A DNA stretch of 64,000 nucleotides from Octopus vulgaris (taxonomy: Eukaryota). The position numbers and the translations under genes were made by a program. The stretch covers positions 64,418,001-64,482,000 of the forward strand of contig OX597826.1 in assembly GCA_951406725.2 (NCBI GenBank), read 5' to 3'. Positions within the stretch are counted from its first letter, which is position 1. Every line of letters begins with the position of its first letter. Shown here piece by piece: positions 1-14,760 of this stretch. The notes beneath the pieces are model-generated. The model was given only the letters and a program-made list of their open reading frames with translations, searched no databases and was not told the origin of the DNA.

Positions 1-19
1 TATATATATATATATTATC

Positions 20-420
20 GGCACAGGAGTGGCTGTGTGGTAAGTAGCTTGCTTACCAGCCACATGATTCCGAGTTCATTCCCACTGCATGGCACCTTGG
101 GCAAGTGTCTTCTACTATAGCCTCGGGCCGACCAAAGCCTTGTGAGTGGCTTTGATAGATGGAAACTGAAAGAAGCCTGTTGTATATATGTATATATATA
201 TATGTATGCGTGTGTATATGTCTGTGCTTGTACCCCAACATCACTTGATAACCAATGTTGGTGTGTTTACGTCCCTGTAACTTCGCAGTTTGGCAAAAGA
301 GACCGATGGAATAAGTACTAGGCTTACAAAGAATAAGTCCTGGAGTCATTTGCTCAACTAAAAGCGGTGCTCCAGCAGGGCCGCAGTCAGATGACTGAAA
401 CAAGTAAAAAAAGTTAAAAA
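20..420 (+). mobile_element. tRNA-derived CORE-like SINE (full length, internal TA/TG microsatellite)
   Basis: A-box-like TGGCTGTGTGG, B-box-like GAGTTCATTCC, CORE-like CACCTTGGGCAAGTGTCTT, tail ...TGACTGAAACAAGTAAAA. The same family recurs at about 12958, 23551, 32425, 46312 and 59035. Confidence 0.8.
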
Positions 421-2089
421 AGAAAGTATATATATAGTTATGGAGTATTCTGTTAAGAACGTAGTAGAGTACAGTATAAAGCTTGTCCACCATCAGATTT
501 TACCCTGTGCTAACCAGTAGTTAGTTTATACATACTTCCAGGTTTGCATTTGGGCATCTGTCATATGTGAATAGATATTTGAAAAAAATTGGAGTCAACA
601 AGAAGGAATACGGTTGGACATTTATTTTCAATGACTACAATTGTTTCTATGCTGTGAAGTTATCTAGGCATGCAGGTACTTAATTATTCAACCACTCCCT
701 GCATTATGAGATCTAGTTGGATTTTCTCATGTAATATGTTAATATTGTCTCCATAAGTTCAAATTCTCAGCTTCAAAAGCATCCTTTCTATCTGTTGTGG
801 CCTGAAGTTGGTAGCAGCCACTTCTCAATTAAAAAAGAAGAAAGGGGATGGGATTGATGGATAGGCAGACAGATATAGACATAAGTGTAGGCATGACTGC
901 ATGGTTAAGATGCTCATTGTGTAACCAAGCGGTTTTGGGTCCTGTCCCACTGTGAGGTACTTACGGTAAGTATTCTACTATATCTTCTGAGCAAACCGAA
1001 GTCATATGAGTGAATCTGGTCGATAGAAACTATTGACAAGCATTGAACTTAAATTTACAGATCTATGAGTCAAACTATTAATGTGCGAAAGCATACGCCC
1101 ACACACACATATATATATAAAGTGTGTGCATGGTATATATCTTTTTGTTGGTTTGAGCAGTTAGACTGACTGGTCATTCAGGGTGTTGCTGCCTTTAAGA
1201 GTATAATCAATTCTATCGACTCTAGTACTTTTTTTGTTGAACGGAGAAGGATCAAAGGAAGACATGTAACCAATGAGGAATTTGAAAATAGAAAATGAAA
1301 GGATGCTATCAAATCAATTTTGCCAGCCACCTCTCATCGCTTTATATACATACACACATACAATACACAAACATGTGTCTATGTTTTCGTTTCTCATTGT
1401 GTTCGACGTCTTTTTGGTGTACTGTACTCATATATGCGTGTATATGTACATGTAGAGGTAGGTACGTACATATATGTTTATATATATGCATATGTTTTAT
1501 TTATTAATATATATATATATAGATTGATATAAGAAAATATACCAAAGCATCTATATCTAAATCAATACGCATGTGTATGTACATGTGTGTGTATGAGTGT
1601 GTGTGTGTATGAGTGTGTGTGTATAAGTGTGTGTGTGTATAAGTGTGTGTGTGTATAAGTGTGTGTGTGTGTGTGTATAAGTGTGTGTGTGTGTGTGTAT
1701 GAGTGTGTGTATCACCACATTCTTTGATGTTAGCACAATAAGATGCTCTATTTATTGAAGTAACTTTTTTTTGAATAGCTAAATACTCTCTGTACCTGCT
1801 GCTAATCACCAAACAATGCAGTAAGTAAAGTTTGAAAGTGTAATCCTAGACATACAAAAAGACAGGAATCCACAACTGGAATGTCTTTAGGTCAAAGATA
1901 AATCAGTTTGGCAGCCAACAAAGGTAGTAGCTCTCTGAACTTTCTCCATCCTATTCATATTATAGAAACAATACTTTCAGAGCATCCAACCCCACTGCTA
2001 ATTTAGTTACCTAGGTAACAGAAAATATCTACTACCTCAAGAGAGCTTCCTGTGTGCTCCTAGTGTCTTACATAAATATTAATATTATT

Positions 2090-2445
2090 TAAGGTCAGGC
2101 TACTCTTGCAGAACAGTATAGCGACAATTATCTCTGCCTATGCCCTCCCAAGCAGGCCTACCAAATGAAAAAAAAGGACTACTTTTATGATATTCTTCTG
2201 CAGGCTGCCTCAAAGACAAGTGATAATGATCTCTTCTTAGTGGCAGATACTGGTGTCGTGCAAATGGCACCCATGCCAGTGGCATGTAAAAGCACTCATT
2301 ACACTCTTGGAATGGTTGGTATTAGGAAGGGCATCCAGCCATAGAAACCATGCCAAATCAGACTGGTGCAGCCTTTCAGTTTATCAGCCCTGCTCAAACC
2401 ATCCAACCCATGCCAGCATGGACAATGTACGTTAAATGATGATTG
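2090..2445 (+). mobile_element. Decayed RTE-type LINE pieces (endonuclease fragment joined to 3' UTR)
   Basis: Translates to IISAYA..QAGLPNE.KD.FYD (AP-endonuclease-like), followed by the GTGGTTGG..AGGAAGGGCATCCAGC 3' segment and a GAT tail seen elsewhere in the window. Confidence 0.5.
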
Positions 2446-3339
2446 ATAGAACAAACAAACCTCAAAACAAGAACATGTATGTATGTATGTATAGCTTTAT
2501 CATACAATAAACGTACTTCTAGTAAACATTTGTATTAGAAGTGTGTAGAATCTAGTGTTGTTGATTAACCCCCAAGTCAATTCTGATCAAACCACTAATT
2601 AAAGACATTCCAATTGTATCGCTTCTTTATCAAAGACTATATTATTCAATATATCTTTTTCAATTTAAGAAAGTAGGCTGCGGTGGTAGATGAGGGCAAC
2701 TTGATTGCTATTCATTCCTAACAGGCTGACTAATACATAGAAGTTTTCTTCTTTAGACCATAGATCCTATTTTGCAAATTCTATTCTATATGCATGTGAT
2801 AAGCAGGATGACAAAGTTTAATTCTACAGATTCCTTACAATCAGCTTGGCTTTTCTGACAGCAGCATGCTCAGTGAGTAAAGCTGACCAAATGGAGATGT
2901 ATGGTATTAAATCATGGTTATTATACACCACCGGTTTCCAAAACCTTTCCACAAATAAGGACTTTAAACGAGTAAACTTGACCAAAGCATATAATTTCAA
3001 AAACAGCCACAGAGAAGTTTATACATCAAAAAAGTATGGGAAGACAAGTTATCTCGTTTTTGCCAAAAATAGTATCTTCAAAATGAAATTTCAAGTGAAA
3101 TACTGGAAATAGATAAAAGTTATTTCCATAATCAGCATTAAATATACTATAAAAAAAAAAGCCATAAAAAAATTTGTCTGAAAATGAAATGTTTTCTCCA
3201 AAAAAAGTTGCCAGAGAAGGGGCTACAGGAATTTTACCATGGCACCAGGACTTTTGAAAGGTCTGCCTACACTGCATGTTTTGAACTCAATTCACAACCC
3301 TCTCCCATCCCAGTCAGGAACTGCTGCCAGATACATACT

Positions 3340-3512
3340 TAAACACACACATATATATATATATATACACATACATATATACATACTTGCATACATACAT
3401 ACACATGTATACATATATACACATACATACACACATATATACACACACATATACACACATGTATACATTTATATACATACGTATACATATGCATATTTAT
3501 AGATATGTATAC

Positions 3513-3558
<46 letters not shown>

Positions 3559-3575
3559 ACACACACACATGTACC

Positions 3576-3612
<37 letters not shown>

Positions 3613-3695
3613 ATGTATATATATATATACACCCTGTGTGGCATGTATACTTGTGTGTACATGTTTGTGTGTGTGTATATATATATATATATACA
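3340..3695. repeat. Compound (TA)n/(CA)n microsatellite
   Basis: Direct inspection. Confidence 0.95.
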
Positions 3696-4221
3696 CCCTG
3701 TATACCCAATTGAATCGATGAGGTGGGTGGCTATGTGAATTGCTTGAATTGGTTTAAATATCAGCCAAATTACCCTCAAGCCCCCACCCTATCCTCTTAG
3801 AAAAGAAGATATCAGATATTTACATAGACACCATTGTAGTGGCTGGTATGAGGGTAGAGCATGAGGGGGGGGGTCATGGTAGGGGAGAGAGAAAGAGAGT
3901 AGTCCTAGTAAAAGGAAGACTCACTGGCTAATTACAAAACAGGAGTGGGTGGTGAAGTGCAAGTGGGGAAAGGGTTAGTTTTTTGGGGGTGGGGTGGATG
4001 GGGTGGGGGGTAAGAGAAAGAGTGATGGAAAGGGTGAAGAAAGAAAGGAAAAGCAGGAGGAAGAGGGGGAATGAACCAAGTTATTGGTCACACAACCAGG
4101 CCACTAGGTCAGCCACTCAATACACTACACCCTGCATCATCCGATGTTGACAGTATAATATAATTCCTGGAAGTGTTTATTTATGTTCACTTCTCTTCTA
4201 TTTTAGTTTCTGCAACCTTTG

Positions 4222-4258
<37 letters not shown>

Positions 4259-4754
4259 TAGATGCAACATTACCAACATTACTCCCCCCCCCGACCTATA
4301 ATCTCTGCACACACACATAATCAACACTATCAACACTCCTTCAAGACCACAACTATCTTACAAAATCCTACTACCTTGAACACATACATACAAATGCATG
4401 CACACAACCATGTCCACCCACATTTCGTAGTCAATAGATCGGTTAGAGAACCCTGCTATTGTTCCATCTTCAGCCCTGGTATTATTTCATTAATCTCTTT
4501 TCTTAGGGTTGGTTTACTAACAGGAGATCTGGTGGTAAGTAGACAGGAAGATCCATTGGGGGTGGTACTTATATGTATATGTGTAGAGGTGAGACAGGGT
4601 TATGTACATTGGTGTGAGTTAGAAATGTGTATGTGTGTGTGTGTGTGGGGGGGGGGGAGTGGGGTTTTGTAGATAGATGTGGGGTTGGAGGGGGTGGTGA
4701 TGGTGTTGGTTATGTGTGTGCTGGGATTATGTAGGCAGTAGTGGTGATGGTGGT

Positions 4755-4983
4755 GGTGAGCTGGCAGAAACGTTAGCACGGCAGGCGAAATGCATAGCCG
4801 TATTTCATCTGCCGTTACGTTCTGAGTTCAAATTCCGCCGAGGTCGACTTTGCCTTTCATCCTTTCGGGGTCGATAAATTAAGTACCAGTTATGCACTGG
4901 GGTCGATATAATCGACTTAATCCGTTGGTCTGTCCTTGTTTGTCCTCTCTGTGTTTAGCCCTTTGTGGGTAGTAAAGAAATAG
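4755..4983 (+). mobile_element. Meta/MESC-domain-like SINE
   Basis: GGTGAGCTGGCAGAAACGTTAGC head, GAGTTCAAATTCC B-box, GCCTTTCATCCTTTCGGGGTCGATAAATTAAGTACC core. Near-identical copies at 6624, 16385, 40462, 43957 and 56160. Confidence 0.8.
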
Positions 4984-5697
4984 ATATGCTGGTAATGTTG
5001 CATGTGTGGCATCTATACATGTGTGTACGTGTATATATGTGTTTGTGCGCATGTGTATGAAGATATGTGCATGGGAGGTGGGACTATGTATGTGGTGGTA
5101 GCATAGTAGTGTCCTGCTGAAAGGGAGAAGGCATGTAGATAGTGGTGGTTCTGCTGGGACATGAAAGAAGGGTTATGGAAGTGGCAGTGTCCTCATCCTG
5201 GAGATAGGAGTTTTGACATTCCTAGAAATAATATCAAGCGACAACAAGGAATTCAGAGATTGGGGTACATTGGAAACTGGTGGGGGTGGTGATGGTAATA
5301 GTGGTGTATGTCAGAGTGGGAGTGTGGGGAAGGAGAGAAGGAGGAGAAAAGTAGTATTGTATTGCTGGAGGGAGGCCAGGGAGCATTTCATGCTTCACTT
5401 TACAATTTGAGCCACATCAAACGATATTAAGTAGAAATGAAGACCACTGTTCTGGAAGAGTTACCATCCTTAGGTTGCAAGGAGTAGAATGATTTCATTT
5501 TCTTTTCCTTTTGTTGAAATATGGAAGCTTCATTTAATAATCTGTGCTTTCAAACAAGTTCAACTTAGTCACTAGATAGTCATGGGTTCGATTCTATCAC
5601 ACAAAATCTTTGTTTAAGGTGTCTAATATTGCCATAGCCACAGATTGGCCAATATTGTGTCAGTGGAATTTAGTAGCTGGAAACTATGCAAAAGCCT

Positions 5698-5700
<3 letters not shown>

Positions 5701-5754
<54 letters not shown>

Positions 5755-5926
5755 GAGAGCGAGAGTGAGAGTGAGAGAGCGAGAGAGAGAGTGAGAGTGA
5801 GAGAGAGTGAGAGAGTGAGAGAGAGTGAGAGAGTGAGTCAGTGAGAGTGTGTGTGTGTGAGAGTGTGTGTGTGTGAGAGTGTGTGTGTGTGAGAGTGTGT
5901 GTGTGTGAGAGTGTGTGTGTGTGAGA

Positions 5927-5977
<51 letters not shown>

Positions 5978-6005
5978 AGTGTGTGTGTGAAAGTGTGTGT
6001 GTGTG
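5701..6005. repeat. (GA)n/(GT)n microsatellite
   Basis: Direct inspection. Confidence 0.95.
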
Positions 6006-6623
6006 CATGCATGCATGTTTTAGGCAGATTTCAGTCAAGTGATCATATAAATACATATACACAATTTCCTCTCCTCTCACACTAATTACTCCATTCTCCT
6101 ATACATGCACCAGAAATTAGCTACCACTATACTTAATTTAGTTGTACCTAATTTACCTTATTTAGCTCAAATGTTAAATCAACCATTTCTGTCATCAAAA
6201 GTCAGTAAGATATTAAGTATTTGACTGAGTTTTTTTCTTAATTGATCTTCTTTTAGAAGTATAATTAATCAAGCATTTATTGGATGGTGGATTGGTAAGA
6301 ATGGAATTGGCAGAATGGTTAGAGTGTCAGACGAAATATCTGCTGGTATATTATTTCAGCTCATTTCTTCCTGAGTTCAAATCCTGCCAACATCAACTTG
6401 GCTCTTCATCCTTTCAGATCCAACATAATAGTATATATAAAATACCAGTAAAATACTGGGGTTGTTGGTACAAACTAAACCCTGCTGTTGCTCTAAAATT
6501 TTCAGGCTGTGTATCTATCTATACAAAAAAAAAACATCACCATCATCACCAAATTTAATACCATCATTGTCACAATCACCACCACCATCTTTATTATGTA
6601 GGATAGAAAGTTTGATGGTATTG

Positions 6624-6825
6624 TGGCAGAAACGTTAGCACGCCGGGCGAAATGCTTAGCGGTATTTTGTCTGCGTTACGTTGTGAGTTCAAATTCCGCT
6701 AAGGTCGACTTTGCCTTTCATCCTTTCGGGGTCGATAAATTAAGTACCAGTTACGAACTGGGGTTGATGTAATGTTCTTGTTTGTTCCCTCTGTGTTTAG
6801 CCCCTTGTGGGTAATAAAGAAATAG
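6624..6825 (+). mobile_element. Meta/MESC-domain-like SINE
   Basis: Same core as 4755-4983. Confidence 0.75.
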
Positions 6826-7422
6826 GTATTGTGGTTTAACCCTGAATCAACTGACCAAGCATATCTATGATCAAAGACATTGTGAAGCCATCGCTATCCT
6901 GTTTTTTTCTTTTTCAGTTAGTTGACTATACTTTCCAAGCTGTCCTCTTTAAGACCATGAGCTTCCCTGCACAAGTCTCACTAAGCTATGGAGGTGTGTT
7001 TATACACACATTTTGCAACCAGTACACAAATGAAATTAATGTGTACACACAAGAAATTATTAATGTGTATACAAACAAGATTACAGTATGGAAAAGGTTA
7101 GCTGCTTGAAATAAGTCTAATTATCATTAGTACATTATTAAACATTCTTATTGCAGGGATTAATAATTATATGTTGTTTTCTACCCTAATTGTGCAGCAC
7201 AATTCAGTATTGCACATAATATCATAAGGAAAAAAAAAATATTGTTGCACATATTTACTGAGTAGAGGGGGCTATGTGATCGAAAGGCTTGCTTCAAAAC
7301 CACATGGCTTCAGGTTCATTACTTCTCTATGACATCTTAGAGAAAGGTATTCTTCAGTTCTAAGTCAACCAAGGTCAACATTGTATATTTATTTCTAAAT
7401 ACAAAATGGTCAATATAGTAAC

Positions 7423-7574
7423 TGTAACACACACTCACTGGTAAAATTTCCATTTATTTCTTATTTTTATTTTCCTAAAATTTTCGTTGCGTCTTGCAAC
7501 CTTAAGACGCAATGAAAATTTTAGGAAAATAAAAATAAGAAATAAGTGGAAATTTTACCAGTGAGTATGTTACA
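7423..7574. repeat. Near-perfect hairpin / fold-back element (about 72-bp arms, 8-nt loop)
   Basis: TGTAACAC..CACTGGTAAAATTTCC...GCGTCTT [GCAACCTT] AAGACGC...GGAAATTTTACCAGTGAGTATGTTACA. Confidence 0.9.
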
Positions 7575-8077
7575 TTATAAGGCACAAAAAGAAAATGACT
7601 CTCCCCATACACAACAGAATATGCTTCAACACACGAACTCATATAAAGAATCTTGCAAACCAAATCCAAAAACGAAATAGTGACTGTACTTTTCCATAAA
7701 ATACTAAAGGGCCAAAAAAATTGACTGTACATTTTCACAAAATGTTGGGTAAGTTGAGTAGGATCAATGAGACAAAATGATTGTACCTCACTCAAAATGT
7801 ACAGCTTGTGAGAAGATATAATTGAAAACATTAGATTCACACAGCTTTCATGGAGGACTGAGGAAATAGACAACAATCAAATCAAAGGGTAATTCACAGT
7901 ATCCCTTTAGTATTTAAACCGGTCATATCCAGCCAAAATATTCTAGCCATTTTATGTTCAAACCAGCTAGATCTGGCCTCTCACACCTACCCTACAATGT
8001 CATTCTAAAAGCAAACAATCACATCATGAAAATATCAAAGCTATGAGATAATGCATGATTGAATAAATAAGCATTAT

Positions 8078-8422
8078 TGAGACCCCCTTTGGTCACGACA
8101 CAGACAATGGAATTGCACCTAGAAAGTTTACCCTCCCAGGCACAAGTCCAGGCAAGGTTGTTTTATGGAAGACCAGCAGTCGCCCATGCAAAGATACCGG
8201 CCTCCCCTCTCCATGCCACCAGTGTTATCCAAGGGAAAGGCAACAGCAGATACAGCTTGGCACCTGTGACATCACAACTCATTTCTACAGCTGAGTGAAC
8301 AGGAGCAACGTGAAATAAAGTGTCTTGCTCAAGAACACAACACGCAGCCCGGTCCGGGATTCGAACTCACAACTTCACGATCGTAAGCTCGATGCTCTAA
8401 CCACTGAGCCATGTGCCTTCAC
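8078..8422 (-). mobile_element. tRNA-derived SINE (V/CORE-like body) with 12-bp TSD
   Basis: Minus-strand head TGGCTCAGTGG...GTTCGAATCC. Flanked by AATAAGCATTAT at 8066-8077 and 8423-8434. Related copies at about 10200-10525, 17070-17345 and 50840-51100. Confidence 0.8.
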
Positions 8423-9035
8423 AATAAGCATTATATTTGACAGAATAATCTGAATACTAAAATGGTACACATTACTCTGCCTCAATGTATATGTAGCTGT
8501 CTATGAATGTTAGAAATAGTCAATATTAGTTTTGTCAAAACTTGTTAAGGATATCGAGTTGCAGACTATTCTGGAGGAAATGGTAACTTTTAGTATCCAA
8601 TACAGTTTTCAGAGACAGCAAATGGGATAGAAAACAAAATAAAAGGGTTAAAAATAAACCCAACAAAAAGGAAGAAGAATGGCAACAGTTCTGCAACTGT
8701 AAACAATATGAATAAAGTGAGTAAATTGGAATCACCAAAATAGATGATTTGACTGTGAAAGCAATATAATAAGACTGGCCAATATTAATAAGAGTAGCAG
8801 TTGTAGTAATCTACTGGTTACTAAATACAGACTAACAGAAACATTAAAATATGATACAAATGGATAGGTGAGAACAAAGGTATGTTAAACTAGACACAAT
8901 TTGAGCAATCAATGAAGCAGATCTTCCTGTACACACATGCAGAAATAACACAAACAAACCATGCCATACCATTCCATATACCACACAACACCATATTGTA
9001 ACACATTTAACTCCAAATATGTCTATGTGTGTATG

Positions 9036-9075
<40 letters not shown>

Positions 9076-12000
9076 AGCAGATTTTTGGTTTGGGAAAAAA
9101 TCTATTTCCAAAGTCATAATCATGTAATTGTATGTAGATGTCAATGGTGGGTTAGTGGCAAAAGCTATAGAAAGGAGAGAGAGAGAGAGAGCAGAAAAAG
9201 GGAAGAGAGAGAAAGGAAGACAGAGAGTGGTGAGTGAGAGGGAGGGAAGGAGAGTGTTTTCACTGAAGTATTTTGAGGATTTCATGATAAATATCTATGA
9301 AGTTGTGCTGTATGTCCAGGAGTGAAGATGGTTGATGATGATAGTGGTGACTGTAGGGATTGTGGTAGTTGTGGTGGGGGTGTTGCTAGTGGTTGGGATG
9401 ATGGTGGTGGTGGTAGTGCTTCTCAGATAAGCATTTGACTTGATCTCTGTAACATAATATAGAAAACTGAATTGACAGCCAGGCAGGCACATATACACAC
9501 ACCACCACTCCAGACCATGAATACTGGACACACACACACACACATTTATAGAGAGAGGGGAGGGGGTGAGCCACAACAAAGAGAGTCAGAGTAGATAACA
9601 ACTAGTAAATTTAGAAACCAAACAAAAATGCCTCTAAGTGGATGCTCAATCTGCTGGAGAAAGCAGCTAAATCTCCTTCAAAATATACCCTAGCATTTTG
9701 AAAGAGATAACACTGGATAATGTAGTCCTAGATGTGAAATACATAAGGAAAGAACAAAAGGTTTCCTAAATTTCTTTAATTTCCAAAATATTTGCAATAC
9801 AGAATATGTTATTTTGCCTTTAAGAAGAGAAAGGGAGTTGCTGTTTTGGATAGTAACCTAAATTTTGTCTTAATCTTTCATCAATATTTTGACCTTCTTC
9901 AAGTTATTCTTCTATAATTTTTGTTTAAATGTTCACAATCAATAGATTTTAAATGATATTGGGGACGTTGTTGTTTAGTCCCAAGTTTGTTCTGACTGAG
10001 CACACCCATGATCAAGGGCATTCCAGCCATGGCCATCAATTTTTTTCTTTAAAAAATTATATTATCCAATGTATTTACCTTTTTTCAAAACAGTATGTAA
10101 TATGTGATTTGAGGGAGATTTGGCTGCTAATACAGACAAGCTTCCACATTGGCTTATGTCTTAAGTAAAACTAGCAAAACCAGAAAGTAGATACTGTTGA
10201 AGGAGCACTCTGTCGGTTACGACAATGGGGGTCCCAGCTGTTACGATCAATGGAACAGCTTGCTCGTGAAATTAAAGTGCAAGTGGCTGAGCACTCCACA
10301 TACATGTGTATCCTTACTGTAATTCTCAGGGAGATTCAGCATGACACAGAGTGTGACAAGTCTGGCCCTTTGAAATACAGGTACTACTCATTTTTGCCAG
10401 CTGAGTGGACTGGAGCAACGTGAAATAAAGTGTCTTGCTCAAGGACTCAACGCGTCACTGGGAACTGAACTCACAACCTTAAGATCGTGAGCCGAATGCC
10501 CTAACCACTAAGCCATGCACCTTCACTGTAGATACTGTGGAATTGGTTCAGACAGTGCCAGCAACAATCAGTACCAAGTGGAGTACTTTGGATTTCCCAG
10601 TACCATATGTAGTCCCTTGGACTGCAATAACAAAACATAGTGTTATAGGCTGCAATAGTTTGCACTACTTGTACCAGGTATAGTAAGTACCTGATGTAGT
10701 AGTTTGCCAGCACAGCAGAAATTTTGTTGATTATTTGACAGATACTTAATTCCAGACAATCTACCAAACTATAAGTGGAAAAATGCCAGATCCTCTAAGA
10801 ATGTTACCTGCCATAGTCTGATGTTTCACGTCAGGAGAGGTACTCATCCAGTTAGCAATATAAGATTAGAGCTAAAACATTGAATATTGTTAAGATAGTT
10901 TCACAGGCAATACCCAGAGCTAGGACTGCATATCAGGCTTTATTAGCAATCAGATACAGCTGAGGCAATCTAATTTAAATGCTATCTCTACATAATCTTT
11001 TCTATCGCTGCTACAACAAATTTTGTTCATGTGAACTAGATAGTTGCATACCTTGCACTTCTAGGCACACCCAAAGTACCTTCTATCTCTCACACTCATC
11101 ACCTCTACAAGATCCTGCATGAAACACTCAACTGAGTTATTTTTCTCTTCAGAATACAAATGCTCTGGAATTCCTTTCCCGTCCACAGTTTTTCTTACTG
11201 ACATTCTCACAGACGTGTGTATGTTGTAGCCTTGTCTAGACATCACATAATGGTTGTAAGCAGACATCACCAACATACAGACGATGTTTGTTTCCAGTCT
11301 TCTGTGAAAAACATCTGCCTATGGGAAAATATTACCTTTCCTAGAGAGGGCACAAGACAGGAAGGGCATCTGTCTGAAAAAAATCATAAACATCAACATT
11401 TAACGTCTATTTTCCATGCTGGCATGGGTTGGGTGCTTTGACAAGAACTGACAAGGGCAGGCCAGTCTGTTTTGACTTGGTTTCTACAAATGGTTATCAT
11501 TCCTAATGCTAACTACTTTACAGAGTGTACTGGGCTTTCTTTTTACATTGCACCTGCACCAGTGCTTTTTACAAATTCCATCTGACCTATACAAGTATGG
11601 AAAAGTAGACACTAAAAGATGATTATGATGAACTTACACCTAATTGAAATTGAACACCAAATCTATCAATCCTACTGCAAAGGTCAATGTCACTGCCCCC
11701 ACCTTTTTTTTTTTTCTGATTTAACTGAATATCAAGTGTATTAGTCTTGCTATCTTTGTTAAGTAGAACTTTTAAAATATCAAAAAAAGCAGACTGGCAT
11801 CACTAGAGACACTTGCTTCATTTGCAGCCCGACATTGCTAAAGTCAATTTGTTACCAAGGCCCAGCCCTCTGATGTTATTAAAGGTGGTCATTGTGCTAA
11901 ATATTTCATTTCCAGCTGACAAGTTAATGCAGGTGAAGGACTTTACCCATATATGAAGATGGCTGGCTACTTTAGACGTTTGTTGTTCAGGTGAATATAT

Positions 12001-12432
12001 ATGTGCATGTGTACACACACACACACACACACAATAAGTGCTAAACTAGATCAACATAAGTGGAATCTATACAGTGATTTAATAACTAGTTCAATTCAAC
12101 TGAACTGCCATGACCTGACATCTTTGGAATGTCTGGGCTTAAGAGAAGTGTTCTTTTGGCTTAACATCAGCCATGTAAACACAGTTGGATCTGCTGTCGT
12201 TCAGGTCAAAAGACTAGCCAGCCGACATTGCTTCTATATTTAAAAGACATAAGCTAAACTAGTAATGATAACAGCAACTACTACTACTGCTACAACTACT
12301 ACAGCAGCAAAACCACCACCCATGCTACCTAGACAGGTGGAATGCAGTTTTGTTACAGTAATACTAAAGATTGTTTCCTAATGAATTTTTCGGAATTAGT
12401 CATGACATTAAAAATCTGATTGTGGGAGGTAA

Positions 12433-12491
<59 letters not shown>

Positions 12492-12957
12492 AGAAAAGTA
12501 AGGATGTTTGCCTGAACTGGTGAATTAGTTTGATAAGAGACTAAGTATATAAATGGTGTATCTAAGATAAAAAGACAATGATAGTAATTATATAGTAAAC
12601 AAAGGTATATTTGTGAACCAACCAGTTTGGTTAGTCTGACTAGACAATACTTACAACAAAGATCTTGTTCTTGAATCTCTGGGAATTTAGATAGCGGAGT
12701 TTACCTAGGTATAAAATGTACCCACACGAACAAACAAATGAGCCTCTGTATGGTCACAAGAGCTGCTAGGAAAAGCAGTCAAATTCTCTTAAATCATACT
12801 AAGACGATAAACAAAAGGACATATATTGGCTATGTAGTTTCAGATGTAGAAAAGATGAGATGATTACTGCTTGAATAGCAGAAGGTTTTGTGAGTTCATA
12901 TGTTATAATCTATTATACTATATAATCTATAATCTATTATATAATCTATTATATTAT

Positions 12958-13355
12958 AGGCACTTGAGTGGCTGTGTGGTAAGTAGCTTGCTTACCAATC
13001 ACATGGTTCTAGGTTCAGTCCCACCGCGTGGCACCTTGGGCAAGTGTCTTCTACTATAGCCTCAGGCCGACCATAGCCTTGTGAGTGGATTTGGTAGATG
13101 GAAACTGAAAGTCCGTTGTATATATGTATATGTATAGATATATATGTGTGTGTTTGTGTGTCTGTGTTTGTCCTCCCACTGACATCGCTTGACAACCGAT
13201 GCTGGTGTGTTTACATCACTGTAACTTAGTAGTTCGGCAAAGGAGACCGATAGAATGAGTACTAGGCTTACAAAGAATAAGTCCTGGGGTCGTTTGCTCA
13301 ACTAAAGCAGTGCTCCAGCATGGCCACAGTCAAATGACTGAAACAAGTAAAAGAG
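12958..13355 (+). mobile_element. CORE-like SINE
   Basis: Colinear with 20-420. Confidence 0.8.
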
Positions 13356-14660
13356 TACTCATTCCATCTCTTAACACTGTTTACAACATTATCTGACATT
13401 ATTCTTAACCATATTCTGCTGCACTCAACTTCGTTTTCATCCTTTCAGGGTCAATAAAATAAAGTACCAGTCTAAGACTGGGGTTGGTTAACAGACAATC
13501 ATCCAGAAACATTGCTGGCTTTGCACAAAAATTAGAAACTTTTATTATTATTAGTGGTGAACTGGCAGAGGTATTAGGGTGTTGAACAAAATGCTTAGTG
13601 GCATTTCTTCCCATGTAAATGACTGGCTCTCTTCTCCCCTCAAAATTCCTGGTCTTGTACCAAAATTAAAAAGAATTATTTGTATTGAGTGAGAGAGCAG
13701 TGCATTCCATCAAAGTGACGGGTACAAATATATGAAGCTCAATATACCCATTATGACTACTTATCTGATAAAGGTACACCAGGCACATGCATCACAACCA
13801 TATGTGTGCGACATGGTGATATCAAGATAAACAGCACACAACCTTGCAGGTGGGGCTCCAGATAGAATTTTCTTCAGGTTGAGTAGCCCATCCTGCTCAA
13901 AAGGTCCCTAAATAAGGGATCTTATAATAATAATAATATTAATAATTATTATTATTATTATTATTATTATAAGAGCACAGTGTGATTGTAATAGATTGTT
14001 TATTAGCTTGAACAAGATATTTCGACAGCCCTTCTTATTGTCTATTTACCTTTGTGAAGAGCTATGTCAATCTTTATAAAATATTATTATTGTTATTATT
14101 ATTATTATTACAAGAATAGTACTGTTATACTATATTTGTTTACACCATATTCCTATCAATAACTTTTGCTAATATCCCTCTGAGACTTCCACCAAGTCTA
14201 AAACTTTGTATAGTAAAAGCAGTGTTTTTTTAATCTTTTCTTTTAATATCAGAATCTGAAAACAACACTACAAATGAATGGTGTCAAATAAGTCAACTAC
14301 TCAACCACTACCACATAAAACATTTCAGGTAAAGCTAAAAAAAAAAAAAAAAAAAAAAAATCATTAAGCCATATCCATGATATGGATATATTAAGTAGAT
14401 CAAAGAGAGTTACTAATTACCTAGTGTGATACTTAAACATATGAAGAAAAACAATTCATAATTGCAATCAAACCCTAAACAACCCTTGAGACCAGATTAT
14501 CTGAAAATGCCAACATGAAGGTGTCTTCCATTGTCAGTGATGCCATTTAAATCTTATCAGAGTAGCAGATCTGTACCCAGTAACTGAATCTCTTCACCTC
14601 AGCGGCTGCAAAGAGTCCCAGTGTCTGAGGTGACTGTTCAGAGTAAGGGCAGTAAAGAAG

Positions 14661-14760
14661 AGTTGGGGTGGGGAGTTGGGTGAGGGGAGTTGGGTGAGGG
14701 GAGTTGGGTGGGGGGAGTTGGGTGGGGGGAGTTGGGTGGGGGGAGTTGGTAGGGGACGAG
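14661..14760 (+). repeat. G-rich ~14-bp minisatellite (GGGGGAGTTGGGTG)n, G-quadruplex-prone
   Basis: About 7 tandem units with repeated G3-G6 tracts. Confidence 0.85.

Noticed and set aside
53-493. 146-aa ORF with RPEAIVEDTCPRCHAVG recurring in several ORFs
   Set aside because: Antisense translation of the abundant CORE-like SINE, not a gene family.
1779-1826. 42-nt micro-exon (TAG|...|GTAAGT)
   Set aside because: It appears to lie within a decayed dispersed repeat and has no supporting neighbouring exons.
3239-3779. Long His/Thr/Tyr/Ile-rich ORFs (also about 1500, 5600-6080, 45500, 52900-53600, 56750-57400, 60400)
   Set aside because: Translations of di- and trinucleotide microsatellites.
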